From a virus (lineage: Duplodnaviria; Caudoviricetes), in the IMG/VR virus record IMGVR_UViG_3300049725_000037, positions 1 through 58,664 of that record: a DNA stretch of 58,664 nt; one strand, written 5' to 3'. Made by a program: the position numbers and the translations under genes. The notes under the pieces were generated by a model. The model worked only from the letters and a program-made list of their open reading frames with translations. It made no database searches and had not been told where the DNA came from. Positions 38,002-46,714 of the stretch are shown here, piece by piece. The number at the start of each line of letters is the position of its first letter. Positions within the stretch are counted from its first letter, which is position 1.

Positions 38002-38484
38002 ATGAAAGGCTATATCATGGTCACTGTGAGTGAGGCGGAGCTCGACGCATGGGAGCGGGCTCGGTGGGAATGGGCGAAGACGCGGGCAGGCCGGCGGGGC
38101 ATGGCGACGTGGTGCCGGCATGTTTGTTCGGCGGCGGCTGGGGTGGCTGTGCCGAGCGTTGGGTATGTGCGGCGGGCGAACGATCCGCACCCCAAGGATC
38201 CGGTGACTGACTGCGCAGCGGTGGTGCGGGCGGTGAAGGATCTGACGGGTGCGCGGCGGCATGGCGGGGCGGCGCGGACAAGCGAGATCATCGCGCAGCT
38301 GGAGAACCGGGCGGAAGGTTGGAGCGCGCGGACGATCGCGAGGCGCCTAGGCGAGGCGGTTCGGGCTGGGTTGCTGGCGACAGGCCCGCGTGGCAGCTAC
38401 TGGGTGACGGAGCGGGGCATGACCGGGGCTGCAGTGGAGATCGCGGAAGCCGCGCCGTCCGTGCCGGCCTCCCTGGAACTGTAG
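38002..38484 (+). CDS. DNA-binding protein with C-terminal winged HTH
   Basis: RTSEIIAQL...SARTIARRLGEAVRAGLL...PRGSYWVT; paralogous to the C-terminus of 52373..54088. Confidence 0.7.
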   Translation: MKGYIMVTVSEAELDAWERARWEWAKTRAGRRGMATWCRHVCSAAAGVAVPSVGYVRRANDPHPKDPVTDCAAVVRAVKDLTGARRHGGAARTSEIIAQLENRAEGWSARTIARRLGEAVRAGLLATGPRGSYWVTERGMTGAAVEIAEAAPSVPASLEL

Positions 38485-38626
38485 TCCCGCCCCGGATACG
38501 ATCGAATAAAATCCGCGCAGGCTCCGAGGTGGGATCAACGGCTTGCGGATGTGTCGTCAAAAAGAATACGTTTTTTCTCGACTCGCGGTGGTGGTGGGTT
38601 AGGGTGTGTCCCGTCAACCGAACCCA

Positions 38627-39079
38627 ATGAAAATCTACAACCTCAGCCTGCATTACGAATTTGTTCGCGAAGACCCATCGGAAAGAGTCGATTCGCCAGA
38701 GAGAATCGCGGCATACATGCAAGACGCCTTTGCGATCAACCCAGAGCAGGAATCGCTCTGGGTCATCATCCTTGACCGAAAGAACCAGCCGAAAGGCCGG
38801 ATCATGGTCACGCTCGGCACAGCTACCGGAAGCCTTGTTCATCCGCGTGAAGTGTTCCGGCCCGCAATTCTCGGCTCGGCGTGCGCGATCGTTGTCTGCC
38901 ACAATCATCCCAGCGGCGATCCGGCGCCAAGTGCTGCGGACATGCAAGTGACCCGGCGTTTGCGCGAGGCGGCCATCGCCATCGACATCGACTTGCTTGA
39001 CCATGTGATTTGCGGCAACAAAACCGGCGATCCGGCTGGTCGCGGTTATTACAGCTTCCGCGAAGCAGGAACGCTTTGA
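38627..39079 (+). CDS. radC: RadC-like JAB domain protein
   Basis: VHPREVFRPAI, HNHPSGDPAPSAAD, LLDHVI. Confidence 0.92.
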   Translation: MKIYNLSLHYEFVREDPSERVDSPERIAAYMQDAFAINPEQESLWVIILDRKNQPKGRIMVTLGTATGSLVHPREVFRPAILGSACAIVVCHNHPSGDPAPSAADMQVTRRLREAAIAIDIDLLDHVICGNKTGDPAGRGYYSFREAGTL

Positions 39080-39090
39080 ACCTACCCCAC

Positions 39091-39160
39091 CGCCCGGAGC
39101 GATCCGGGCGCTTGCTCCGCCTTACCCGCGACGGGCCGGGCGAACCAAGCGAGTCAACCA
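39091..39160 (+). ncRNA. Two-hairpin structured leader element, copy A
   Basis: CGCCCGGA-GCGA-TCCGGGCG, then CGCC-TTA-CCCG-CGA-CGGG-CCG-GGCG, then AGTCAACCA. Confidence 0.55.
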
Positions 39161-39177
39161 TTCAACCACAGACCCCC

Positions 39178-39360
39178 ATGACAATCCTGAACATCATCAC
39201 CTACACGCAGCAAGACTCAGCCGGCAACATCCACGAGATCGAGCAGCGTCTGTCTCGCGGCTACAAGCTGACGCGCCGGGGTGCGCTGCGGATCATCAAA
39301 GCCGCAGGCGTCCGTGCTCTGTCAGTGATCCGCGTCGAGACCTTTATCGACGAGCGTTAA
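39178..39360 (+). CDS. Small early hypothetical protein (60 aa)
   Basis: ATG after a C-rich leader; within ORF 39010..39360. Confidence 0.65.
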   Translation: MTILNIITYTQQDSAGNIHEIEQRLSRGYKLTRRGALRIIKAAGVRALSVIRVETFIDER

Positions 39361-39381
39361 ACATCCAGACACCCCCCACCC

Positions 39382-39870
39382 ATGAAGACACCCACCACCT
39401 CACCCACCACGCCGGCAGCGCAGGCGACGCCGACGCCGTGGAGCATTCAAGAGCGCGCCGACGGCCTCGGCTCCTTGGTGAATCGTAACTCCCTTGAGAT
39501 TGTCCACAACTACTTGCCCGCAGGCGGGCAGCAAGTTATCGTCGGAAAACACACTGGTATTGACTGCCTCACGCCAGCCAACGCGGCCTTGATCGTCGAG
39601 TCCGTGAACTCCCACGCCGGGCTGGTCGCGCGGGTCGCGGAGCTTACCCATGCGCTGGACCGGACCGCAGGAAGGCTCGAAACCGTGCTGCGATACCATG
39701 CGGCAAAAGGCTCGATCAATTGCGCGGTACCGATCGACGTGATGATCGCAACTCACCCCGATTTGGTTGCCGCCCGTGCAACGCTGAAGGGAGGCGCGAA
39801 GTCGAGCAAGCCTCGGCCCTATCTGCCTCTGATAGATGAGGTATGCGAGCAGGCGGCGCAGGGAGCCTGA
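39382..39870 (+). CDS. Early hypothetical protein
   Basis: TPTPW...ANAALIVESVNSH motif recalled from phage early proteins. Confidence 0.75.
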   Translation: MKTPTTSPTTPAAQATPTPWSIQERADGLGSLVNRNSLEIVHNYLPAGGQQVIVGKHTGIDCLTPANAALIVESVNSHAGLVARVAELTHALDRTAGRLETVLRYHAAKGSINCAVPIDVMIATHPDLVAARATLKGGAKSSKPRPYLPLIDEVCEQAAQGA

Positions 39871-39878
39871 CGACCGCC

Positions 39879-39950
39879 CGCCCGGCTGCGGCCGGGCGCT
39901 GGCTCGGGCTTACCGCGAATGCGGCCGGCCCGGTCCAACGAAGTCAACCA
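39879..39950 (+). ncRNA. Two-hairpin structured leader element, copy B
   Basis: CGCCCGGC-TGCG-GCCGGGCG, then CGGGC-TTA-CCGC-GAAT-GCGG-CCG-GCCCG, then AGTCAACCA. Confidence 0.55.
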
Positions 39951-39968
39951 CGAAACCAAATCGACCCC

Positions 39969-40244
39969 ATGACCGCCGAAGCCTACCTTGCCAGCCTGCG
40001 CCGCCCAGGCGAAACGATCCTCTCATGCGAGGACCGGCGCTTGGCCGAGCGGGCCGACCACTTGGCCGGGGTCGCGCTGCCGGCTCTGCGCGTGATCTGC
40101 TCGTGGTGCCGCCGGGAAATGCCGCCGGTGCCGTGTCTGCCGGCCCACGCGGGGCAGGTGGGTCACACGATCTGCCCGGAGTGCCGGGCGAAGTATTTCC
40201 CCTCAACTGTCAGACAACCAGAACCCCCATGCTCAACGCCCTGA
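39969..40244 (+). CDS. Small zinc-binding protein
   Basis: ICSWC...GHTICPEC. Confidence 0.65.
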   Translation: MTAEAYLASLRRPGETILSCEDRRLAERADHLAGVALPALRVICSWCRREMPPVPCLPAHAGQVGHTICPECRAKYFPSTVRQPEPPCSTP

Positions 40245-40372
40245 AAATCACCCTCGCCATCGTCTGCTTCCTCGGCCTCTGCGGCCTGGTCGGCGCCTGG
40301 CTGTTTGCCGTGCTCGACGTCCGGCCGCTGCCCGATGATCCCAACGCGGACCGCGCGGATGACTCTCCATAG
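40229..40372 (+). CDS. 47-aa single-TM membrane peptide
   Basis: MLNALKITLAIVCFLGLCGLVGAWLFAVL; C-rich leader. Confidence 0.55.
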   Translation: MLNALKITLAIVCFLGLCGLVGAWLFAVLDVRPLPDDPNADRADDSP

Positions 40373-40402
40373 TGACGGGCAAACGCTCGCCACGCCCTAC
40401 AA

Positions 40403-40451
40403 CCGGCCCCCGCGTTGCCTCAGAATAGAGCGCCGGGGCCGGCTTCTTTTT
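40403..40451 (+). terminator. Possible terminator
   Basis: CCGGCCCC...GGGGCCGG followed by CTTCTTTTT; loop is long. Confidence 0.35.
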
Positions 40452-40503
40452 GCCCACCGAAATATCTTGCAATCGTATGCAAACGCATTCAAACACTGAA
40501 CCC

Positions 40504-40797
40504 ATGCCTTCCTCGTGTGACCCGATGGAGACGGTCCTGCCCGTCCGCATCACCTCCGAAATGGCCGACGTGCTGAAGCAAATCGGCGCTCACACCGGCT
40601 CGACGGTCTCGACCGTGATCCGGATTGCGCTCCGGAAGGGCGCCCAGGCGGCTTGTGACGCGCTCTGCGTCGCCAACGACCGGCCGTTTTTGACTCTCAG
40701 ACTCGAAACGCTCAACCAACAAAAGCCATGTCCGACACCCAATCCATGCCCGAAGCAACAGAAGCCCCGCCCGCCGAAAATCCGGCCGGGCAAGTAG
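40504..40797 (+). CDS. Ribbon-helix-helix-like regulator
   Basis: VLPVRITSEMADVLKQIGAHTGSTVSTVIRIALRKG. Confidence 0.6.
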   Translation: MPSSCDPMETVLPVRITSEMADVLKQIGAHTGSTVSTVIRIALRKGAQAACDALCVANDRPFLTLRLETLNQQKPCPTPNPCPKQQKPRPPKIRPGK

Positions 40798-42266
40798 AGA
40801 CACGCGGCGCCCGCGCGCTGCAGATACGCGAACAGCAGCCGCCGTTGCTGGCGAAGTTCGAGGCGGCCAGCACGCAGGAGAAGATCCGCGCGCTGCTGCC
40901 CTCGACCCTGTCCTTTGACCGGTTCGCCCGGCTGACCGTCGGACTCATCTACCGGCAGCCCGAGCTGTCCGAGTGCGACCCGGTATCCTTCTTCAGCTGC
41001 CTCTCTGACTGCGCTCTCATCGGTATCTATCCCGAGGCGGTCACCGGCAAGTGCTACCTCATTCCGAGGTGGAACAAGAAGCTGAAGCGGAAGGTATGCA
41101 CCCTCTTGGTGGGCTACAAGGGCTTGCGCGAGATCGCCCTGCGCTCGCCTGAGATCCTGGACCTATGGACCGGCGTGGTCCGCAACGGCGACACCTTCCG
41201 CATTATCCGGGCGCCGCGGCAGGAGCTGCAGCACGAGCCGATGCCGCAGGAAACAGGGGAGATCGTCGGTATCTACTCCATCGCGGCCCTGCGCAACGGG
41301 CTGACGTCGTTCGAGTGGATGACCATTGGCGACCTGGAGAAGGTCAGGAACCAGAGCCAGGCCGGGCTCGAAGCATGGCAGGTCGAGAGCTCGCCCTGGT
41401 CGACCTGGTTCACAGAGATGGCCCGGAAGACGGTTTTCCGCCGGCATTTCAAGTCTTTGCCGATCCGGTCTGAGGATCAGGAGGTGCTCACCAAGGAGGC
41501 GGAAGGCGAGGAACGGGCGATCAAGAACGTGACCGCGACCGTCGAAGGCCCGTCCGAACCGTCCGGGGAAGCCCCCGCTAGCCGTCCTGAGATGCCCGCG
41601 CGCCGCGGTGGGGCCCGGGCGGTAGCGGAGGCCGCGCAACCGGCCTTGCCAGCCCCGTCCGAACCGTCCGGGACGCCCGAGGAGGCACCCAAGCCGGAAC
41701 CCGCCAAACCGACGGCGCCGGCCGCAGGGGTATCAACACCCGCACCGACCCGCCGGAGGCCCGCAGCGGCCACGGTAGCCCCTGCCACACCCCCGCCGGC
41801 GGAATCATCGCCCCCGGCAGCGGTGGAAGCGGCGAAAACCGTTTCCAAGACCGTTTCCACGCCACCCCCGGCCGCATCCGGCCCCATCGGCGAGAAGTCG
41901 AAGTGCCCGGAGATCGCGCCCGGCGTGACCCTGGCCGGTTTTCACGGCAAGGCGTGGCCCCAGGTGATCCAATTCGAGGTTGTTGAGGCCGTCGCGGCAC
42001 CGTATGGCTCGAAGTCCGCCCTGGTGGACATCAAGGTCACGGCGGACGGCTACAAGGGCCATGTGTTCTGCATGGAGGGCGCTGCGCTGAACGAACAGGG
42101 TGCTCCGATGCTGACATCGAAGATCCTGAAGCCCGGCGCGCTCCTCGAGGCCAACTGGAACGCGGTGCCCAGGTCGACGGGCGGCGTGACCAACTACACC
42201 CGGCCGCCGGTGATCGTGATTTCGGCGATCGATGTGCAGAAGGAAGACAGCCCCTTCAGAGGGTAA
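40728..42266 (+). CDS. recT: RecT-family recombinase with Pro-rich linker and extra C-terminal domain
   Basis: PELSECDPVSF, CYLIPR, GYKGLREIALRS, PWSTWFTEMARKTVFRRHFKSLP. Confidence 0.9.
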   Translation: MSDTQSMPEATEAPPAENPAGQVETRGARALQIREQQPPLLAKFEAASTQEKIRALLPSTLSFDRFARLTVGLIYRQPELSECDPVSFFSCLSDCALIGIYPEAVTGKCYLIPRWNKKLKRKVCTLLVGYKGLREIALRSPEILDLWTGVVRNGDTFRIIRAPRQELQHEPMPQETGEIVGIYSIAALRNGLTSFEWMTIGDLEKVRNQSQAGLEAWQVESSPWSTWFTEMARKTVFRRHFKSLPIRSEDQEVLTKEAEGEERAIKNVTATVEGPSEPSGEAPASRPEMPARRGGARAVAEAAQPALPAPSEPSGTPEEAPKPEPAKPTAPAAGVSTPAPTRRRPAAATVAPATPPPAESSPPAAVEAAKTVSKTVSTPPPAASGPIGEKSKCPEIAPGVTLAGFHGKAWPQVIQFEVVEAVAAPYGSKSALVDIKVTADGYKGHVFCMEGAALNEQGAPMLTSKILKPGALLEANWNAVPRSTGGVTNYTRPPVIVISAIDVQKEDSPFRG

Positions 42267-42267
42267 A

Positions 42268-42540
42268 ATGAAGCGCACTATCATCATACAGCAGGCCGAT
42301 GACGGATGGTACAACGTCATCCTTGGGGACCGGTTCAGCGGCTCCTTGTCGTGGGATGAGTGCCTTGGGGTCATCGCCCACCTTCTTGTCGGAGGGCCAG
42401 CTTCCGACGTTCCGTTGCGCGGGCGGATGGAAACGATTGATGAAATGGAGCATCGGCTGACAGCCGAGATCCGCACTGAAGTGGAAAGGGATCTGCGGCC
42501 CGTCGACCGATTATTGCTCGCAGCAAAACGAAAGGCTTAA
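42268..42540 (+). CDS. Hypothetical protein
   Basis: 90 aa between recT and the next gene; 'LSWDECLG' motif. Confidence 0.65.
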   Translation: MKRTIIIQQADDGWYNVILGDRFSGSLSWDECLGVIAHLLVGGPASDVPLRGRMETIDEMEHRLTAEIRTEVERDLRPVDRLLLAAKRKA

Positions 42541-42541
42541 C

Positions 42542-43354
42542 ATGAGCACCATTGACCTTGAAGTCGTCCAGAACATGCCGCCGATGCCGCTGCTGGTGGT
42601 TGGCGGCGATACCCTGGCCCGCATCGACACCCTTGCAGCCTCGGCCAAGACGCTGACCATCGCGACCGCGGCAGACGCGGATCGATGCGCAAGCATCATG
42701 CGGCAGGCCGCGGACTTGGCGTCGGCGATCGAACTGACGCGCGTTGCGCTGAAGGCCCCGGTTTTGGAGCTGGGGCGGAAGATCGACGCCGCGGCGGCAG
42801 GCCCGCTGGAGAAGCTGCGCGCGGTCCGGGCGGCGGTGGACGGCCAGTTACGCCAGTGGGCAGCGGCCGAGCAGAGGAGGCTGGCTGAAGAGACCCGCCG
42901 GCGGCAGGAAGAGGCTGACCGGATCGCGGCTGAGCGAGTCCGGGTCGAGAAGGAGCGTGTCCGGCTGGCTGAGGAGGAAGCAGCGCGTCAGCGGCTTGCT
43001 GCTGAGAGCCCGGAGGCACCCGAGGCACCCGAGGAACCGGAGTTGTTCGAGGATTTCTCTGACATCGCCGTGTCATCGAACGCGAACCAGGCCGCGGAAC
43101 TTGCCCACCAGGAAGCGGCGCTGCAGGCCCCGGCGCCCGTCTTCGTCCGGCCCGCCGGCGTGACATTCCGGACGACGCTCAAGTTCGAGGTGACGAATCT
43201 CGACGCCCTGCCGAAGATCTACGTGACGCGCACGGTCAACGAGGTCGCAATCCGCTCGACGTGCTGCACGGGATGGAAAGAGGGGATGGCACTGCCGATC
43301 GTGCCGGGCATCCGGTTCTACGCGCAGAAGGATCCGATCACAGCCAGACGCTAA
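42542..43354 (+). CDS. Coiled-coil phage protein of the recombination module
   Basis: RVALKAPVLELGRKID...FEVTNLDALP...VPGIRFY pattern. Confidence 0.75.
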   Translation: MSTIDLEVVQNMPPMPLLVVGGDTLARIDTLAASAKTLTIATAADADRCASIMRQAADLASAIELTRVALKAPVLELGRKIDAAAAGPLEKLRAVRAAVDGQLRQWAAAEQRRLAEETRRRQEEADRIAAERVRVEKERVRLAEEEAARQRLAAESPEAPEAPEEPELFEDFSDIAVSSNANQAAELAHQEAALQAPAPVFVRPAGVTFRTTLKFEVTNLDALPKIYVTRTVNEVAIRSTCCTGWKEGMALPIVPGIRFYAQKDPITARR

Positions 43355-43361
43355 TCCTCCC

Positions 43362-43733
43362 ATGACCCCCCGCATCACCGCCCGCCCACGCGCGCAGAAG
43401 CCGCGCAAACCTACCGCGAGTAATCTTCCCAGAGTGATGTGGTTTGCCCCACGATGGGAAATCTGCCTAACAGAATCCGAGAAACTTGAGGCCACTGAGA
43501 CTCAAAACGGTAAAGTGACCGTAGAGCCCATCAAGGTCATCGTGCTCGACCTCTCTCCCGACTCGCTGGCCGCGCTGCAAGAGCGCGTGGCGAGGGCGAT
43601 CTATGAAGCCTCACCATACATGCAGCCGAACGGCTGGGCACTCGCCACTCCAGAGAAGAAGCAATTGGGCCTCATGTACGCCCGCGCGGCACTCGCCGCC
43701 ATCAGCCGCCACCTAACACCGCACGCGAAATGA
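43362..43733 (+). CDS. Hypothetical protein
   Basis: 123 aa; ERVARAIYEA motif; ATGA overlap with the next gene. Confidence 0.7.
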   Translation: MTPRITARPRAQKPRKPTASNLPRVMWFAPRWEICLTESEKLEATETQNGKVTVEPIKVIVLDLSPDSLAALQERVARAIYEASPYMQPNGWALATPEKKQLGLMYARAALAAISRHLTPHAK

Positions 43734-43908
43734 GCCGCACGACGATCAACTACGTGGACTACAGTTTCAATCCGTGGATCGGCTGCACGCTGGTCTCTCC
43801 GGGGTGTCAACACTGCTTTGCAGAACGGTATGGCCGACGCTTTGGCGTTGCGTGGGGTCCGGGGAAGCCCCGTCGCCGCACGAGCGCCGCGAACTGCCCG
43901 CGCCCTGA
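43730..43908 (+). pseudogene. Internally deleted DUF5131 (Gp37Gp68-like) gene
   Basis: FNPWIGCTLVSPGCQHCFAE...RRRTSAAN then breaks off; RELPAP-stop follows in another frame. Confidence 0.7.
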
Positions 43909-43918
43909 CTTTCCCACC

Positions 43919-44152
43919 ATGATAAACTACTCAGCAGTCAATAGAGGAGACATCCTGAAAATCGTTGGCGTTGGCGCTCCCGGCTACGCGCAACTCGGAG
44001 ATTTGGTTCGCGTGACCGAAATCCACGCCAATTCTGTGTCGGTCGAGAACCGCGACGGACATCCCTGCGAGTTCATATATAATTGCGGTGCGGCACGCTT
44101 GGAACCGACTGAATGGAAGAACGATTTCCCAGTCACTCCACCTACCGCTTGA
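43919..44152 (+). CDS. Small hypothetical protein (77 aa)
   Basis: Own ATG after TTTCCCACC leader, in frame with the DUF5131 remnant. Confidence 0.65.
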   Translation: MINYSAVNRGDILKIVGVGAPGYAQLGDLVRVTEIHANSVSVENRDGHPCEFIYNCGAARLEPTEWKNDFPVTPPTA

Positions 44153-44162
44153 ACCTTTCGCC

Positions 44163-44486
44163 ATGAAAGTCATAACTGCTGGTCATAAATACGAACTCGA
44201 TCACTTCGAGTCATACGGGTTGCCGGGAGTTCCTGTGCAGACCCTTCAGTTCATCGAAAAGGTTCCGGTTACCGAAGGCTCGACGGAACTCCGCACCGTC
44301 AACGACGGAACCACCAACGAGGAAGTCCTTCGCGTTTTGGTGGACCGACTCAACTACCTTCAAGCGAAATTCCCGTGCCGTGAGAACGCGCTTGCGATCA
44401 CGAAACTGGAAGAGGCGCAGCATTGGCTGGCCCATCGCACCGCCAACCGCAAGGCGCGTGGCGTCGAAGGTAAGTCAACCGCCTGA
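44163..44486 (+). CDS. tad1: Tad1-like anti-defence (nucleotide signal sponge) protein
   Basis: GHKY...QF...GTTNEEVLRVLVDRLNYLQAKFPCRENALAITKLEEAQHWL..RT..R..RGVEG matches the Tad1 pattern as recalled. Confidence 0.7.
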   Translation: MKVITAGHKYELDHFESYGLPGVPVQTLQFIEKVPVTEGSTELRTVNDGTTNEEVLRVLVDRLNYLQAKFPCRENALAITKLEEAQHWLAHRTANRKARGVEGKSTA

Positions 44487-44522
44487 ACAGGCTGACAGCC
44501 GGGAAAGACCGGCACCCTTTCA

Positions 44523-44753
44523 ATGGCCTATTCCGATGCCTACCAAGCCAAGCGATGCGCCACTCTGAGGCGCGTCCGGTCTTTCCTGATCGCCCACCCC
44601 GGATCGACAAACGATGAAATCCAAGCGGCTTGCGATGGTGGCCCGATGGCCCTTCAGGAACGCGGACTCGCTTACTGGACGCGAAACGCCGCAGGCAAAG
44701 CCGTCTGGTTTGCAAAGCCGGGACTGGCGTACCCACCAAAGCCCGCGCCCTGA
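44523..44753 (+). CDS. Small HTH-like protein
   Basis: 76 aa; VRSFLIAHPGSTNDEI. Confidence 0.55.
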   Translation: MAYSDAYQAKRCATLRRVRSFLIAHPGSTNDEIQAACDGGPMALQERGLAYWTRNAAGKAVWFAKPGLAYPPKPAP

Positions 44754-44779
44754 CCACCAAAGCAATCCACGAACTCACC

Positions 44780-45088
44780 ATGAGCACAAACGACCCCGCG
44801 ATCACCCGCGACAACCAGCCTCCAGCACCGTATGGCGTGATGGATATTACTGCGGATGAACTCACCCGCCTTCGCGCCAACCTTGCCGAGATTTCCCGCC
44901 ACGCCGGAATCGAGGTCTTTGAGGCGAATGAGGAGGTGTTGAAGCTGACCACCGAACTTGCCGCAGCCAAAGCTGCCCACCTAGAATCCGAGAAACAACT
45001 GCGCTGTTGGCAAGATAAGTACGCCTCCGTCACAACCGAGCGGGACGCGCTGCTTGCCGAGCGGGACGCGCTGCTTGCCGAGCGGTGA
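44780..45088 (+). CDS. Coiled-coil hypothetical protein ending in ERDALLA x2
   Basis: ATG at 44780; 21-bp tandem repeat near the 3' end. Confidence 0.6.
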   Translation: MSTNDPAITRDNQPPAPYGVMDITADELTRLRANLAEISRHAGIEVFEANEEVLKLTTELAAAKAAHLESEKQLRCWQDKYASVTTERDALLAERDALLAER

Positions 45089-45133
45089 CGCATGAGAGAA
45101 AATAGCCTTTTTCACTTTCTCACCCTAAATCCA

Positions 45134-45469
45134 ATGAAATCAAAAGTTCAAATTCACTACCGCCAGGGCGATGTGCTGATTGAGCGCGTTCCCTCTCTGC
45201 CCGCAAATCGAACGAAGCTCGCGCGTGAAAACGGCCGCGTGATCCTCGCTCATGGCGAGGTCACCGGCCACGCCCATGCGATCTCCGCTGCCAACGCCGA
45301 TCTCTATTCGGCGGTCGATTCCGGAGATGTGACCTTCCTCGAAATCCGGGACGCCATGGTCGAACTCGAGCACGATGAGCATGCCACGGTGACGCTCCCG
45401 CCAGGCAATTACGTCGTGCGACGTCAGCGCGAATACACCCCGGAGGAAATTCGCCGTGTCGCAGACTAA
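45134..45469 (+). CDS. Conserved His-motif protein (RQGDV...GEVTGHAH...HDEH...RRQREY), copy 1
   Basis: Motifs recalled as the usual partner of DUF6745 genes. Confidence 0.85.
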   Translation: MKSKVQIHYRQGDVLIERVPSLPANRTKLARENGRVILAHGEVTGHAHAISAANADLYSAVDSGDVTFLEIRDAMVELEHDEHATVTLPPGNYVVRRQREYTPEEIRRVAD

Positions 45470-46502
45470 TTACAGTCCGGAAGTCCAGGCATTGCTCGAT
45501 CGCCACGCGACGGCTTGCGAGCTGAAGATGCCGGTTGATCGCGAGCGCATCGCCGATCGCTTGACGGCCTGTCTGGCGGGCGTTTCGCGAGAAAAGTTGC
45601 AGGTCCGCTTCCTCGACCGAGCCGATGAAATCAGCTCGGTCGTCATAAAGGCCAGGGCTGCCTGGGATGCCAGGGCTGCCAGGGATGCCAGGGATGCCTG
45701 GGCTGCCAGGGCTGCCTGGGATGCCAGGGCTGCCAGGGATGCCAGGGCTGCCTGGGATGCCAGGGCTGCCAGGGCTGCCAGGGCTGCCAGGGCTGCCTGG
45801 GATGCCAGGGCTGCCTGGGCTGCCTGGGATGCCTGGGATGCCTGGGATGCCAGGGCTGCCTGGGATGCCTGGGATGCCTGGACTGCCAGTTGGGATTGCA
45901 GTTGGTTGCCCGTAATTTCGATCGGTGCGCTAGAGCGCGCCGACAGAAAGCTGCACAGCATTTGGCTGCCTCTGCTGGAGGCATTCGAGGCTGGCGCCTG
46001 GCTATTCTGGATTACGGCGGACGAACTGGTGGTCGCCGAGCGTCCCTCTGCGGTACGCACCGACGATCGCCGGCGTCTACATCATGCGTCCGAGCCGGCG
46101 TTTTCCTGGCTCAGCGATATCCGCGAGTTCTATATTCACGGCGTCCATGTTCCGAGCTACATCATCGAGCAGCCGGAAACGATCACCATTACCGAGATCG
46201 AATCGGAACGAAATGCCGAGGTGCGACGGGTGATGATCGAGCGTTACGGCCGGGCGCGGTTCTTGACCGAGTCCGGGGCCGCTCAGATCCATGCCGATGA
46301 TTTCGGGATTCTCTACAGGAAGGAGGTCACTGGAGATGAGCCAATCGTGATGGTGAAGGTGATAAACGCCACGCCGGACCCGGCTGGCACGTTCAAAGAC
46401 TACTTCCTGCGCGTTCCTCCGACGATGCGGACGGCCCGCGAGGCGGTCGCCTGGACGTTCGAGAAGGAAGCCGACGCTTATGCGCCGGCAGTCCAAACAT
46501 GA
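45456..46502 (+). CDS. DUF6745-like protein with A(R/W)(A/D) repeats, copy 1
   Basis: [13 protein letters not shown]...[41 protein letters not shown]. Confidence 0.8.
   Translation: MSQTNYSPEVQALLDRHATACELKMPVDRERIADRLTACLAGVSREKLQVRFLDRADEISSVVIKARAAWDARAARDARDAWAARAAWDARAARDARAAWDARAARAARAARAAWDARAAWAAWDAWDAWDARAAWDAWDAWTASWDCSWLPVISIGALERADRKLHSIWLPLLEAFEAGAWLFWITADELVVAERPSAVRTDDRRRLHHASEPAFSWLSDIREFYIHGVHVPSYIIEQPETITITEIESERNAEVRRVMIERYGRARFLTESGAAQIHADDFGILYRKEVTGDEPIVMVKVINATPDPAGTFKDYFLRVPPTMRTAREAVAWTFEKEADAYAPAVQT
45651..45884 (+). repeat. 9-bp coding minisatellite GCC(A/T)GGG(C/A)T, 25 units plus 1 degenerate, copy 1
   Basis: Read directly; encodes ARA/ARD/AWA/AWD. Confidence 0.95.
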
Positions 46503-46554
46503 TCAGGGAAACCGATCTTTTCGGCGCCGGCCGGCACGGCGCATCCGGCAAGCC

Positions 46555-46686
46555 ATGAAACCTACTTTCCGCTGCTCGGAACTCGGTCAAGTCCTCTGGT
46601 GCCCCGGCTCGAAGGCGCTTGGGGCCAAGGGTCACAACCGAGCGGGACGCGCTGCTTGCCGAGCGGTGACGCATGAGAGAAAATAG
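46555..46686 (+). pseudogene. Truncated 5' copy of the Cas4-like nuclease gene at the duplication junction
   Basis: MKPTFRCSELGQVLWCPGSKALGAK identical to the start of 48136..49284, then diverges at 46631. Confidence 0.85.
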
Positions 46687-46714
46687 CCTTTTTCACTTTC
46701 TCACCCTAAATCCA

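Noticed and set aside
43730-44152. Single 140-aa gene
   Set aside because: Better explained as a DUF5131 remnant plus a separate gene with its own leader at 43919
45651-45884. CRISPR array
   Set aside because: Contiguous 9-bp units with no spacers, inside a CDS
45643-46060. Collagen-like MPGLPG ORF and antisense QPW/ASQA ORFs (also in copy 2)
   Set aside because: By-products of the stop-free 9-bp repeat; the DUF6745 frame explains the region
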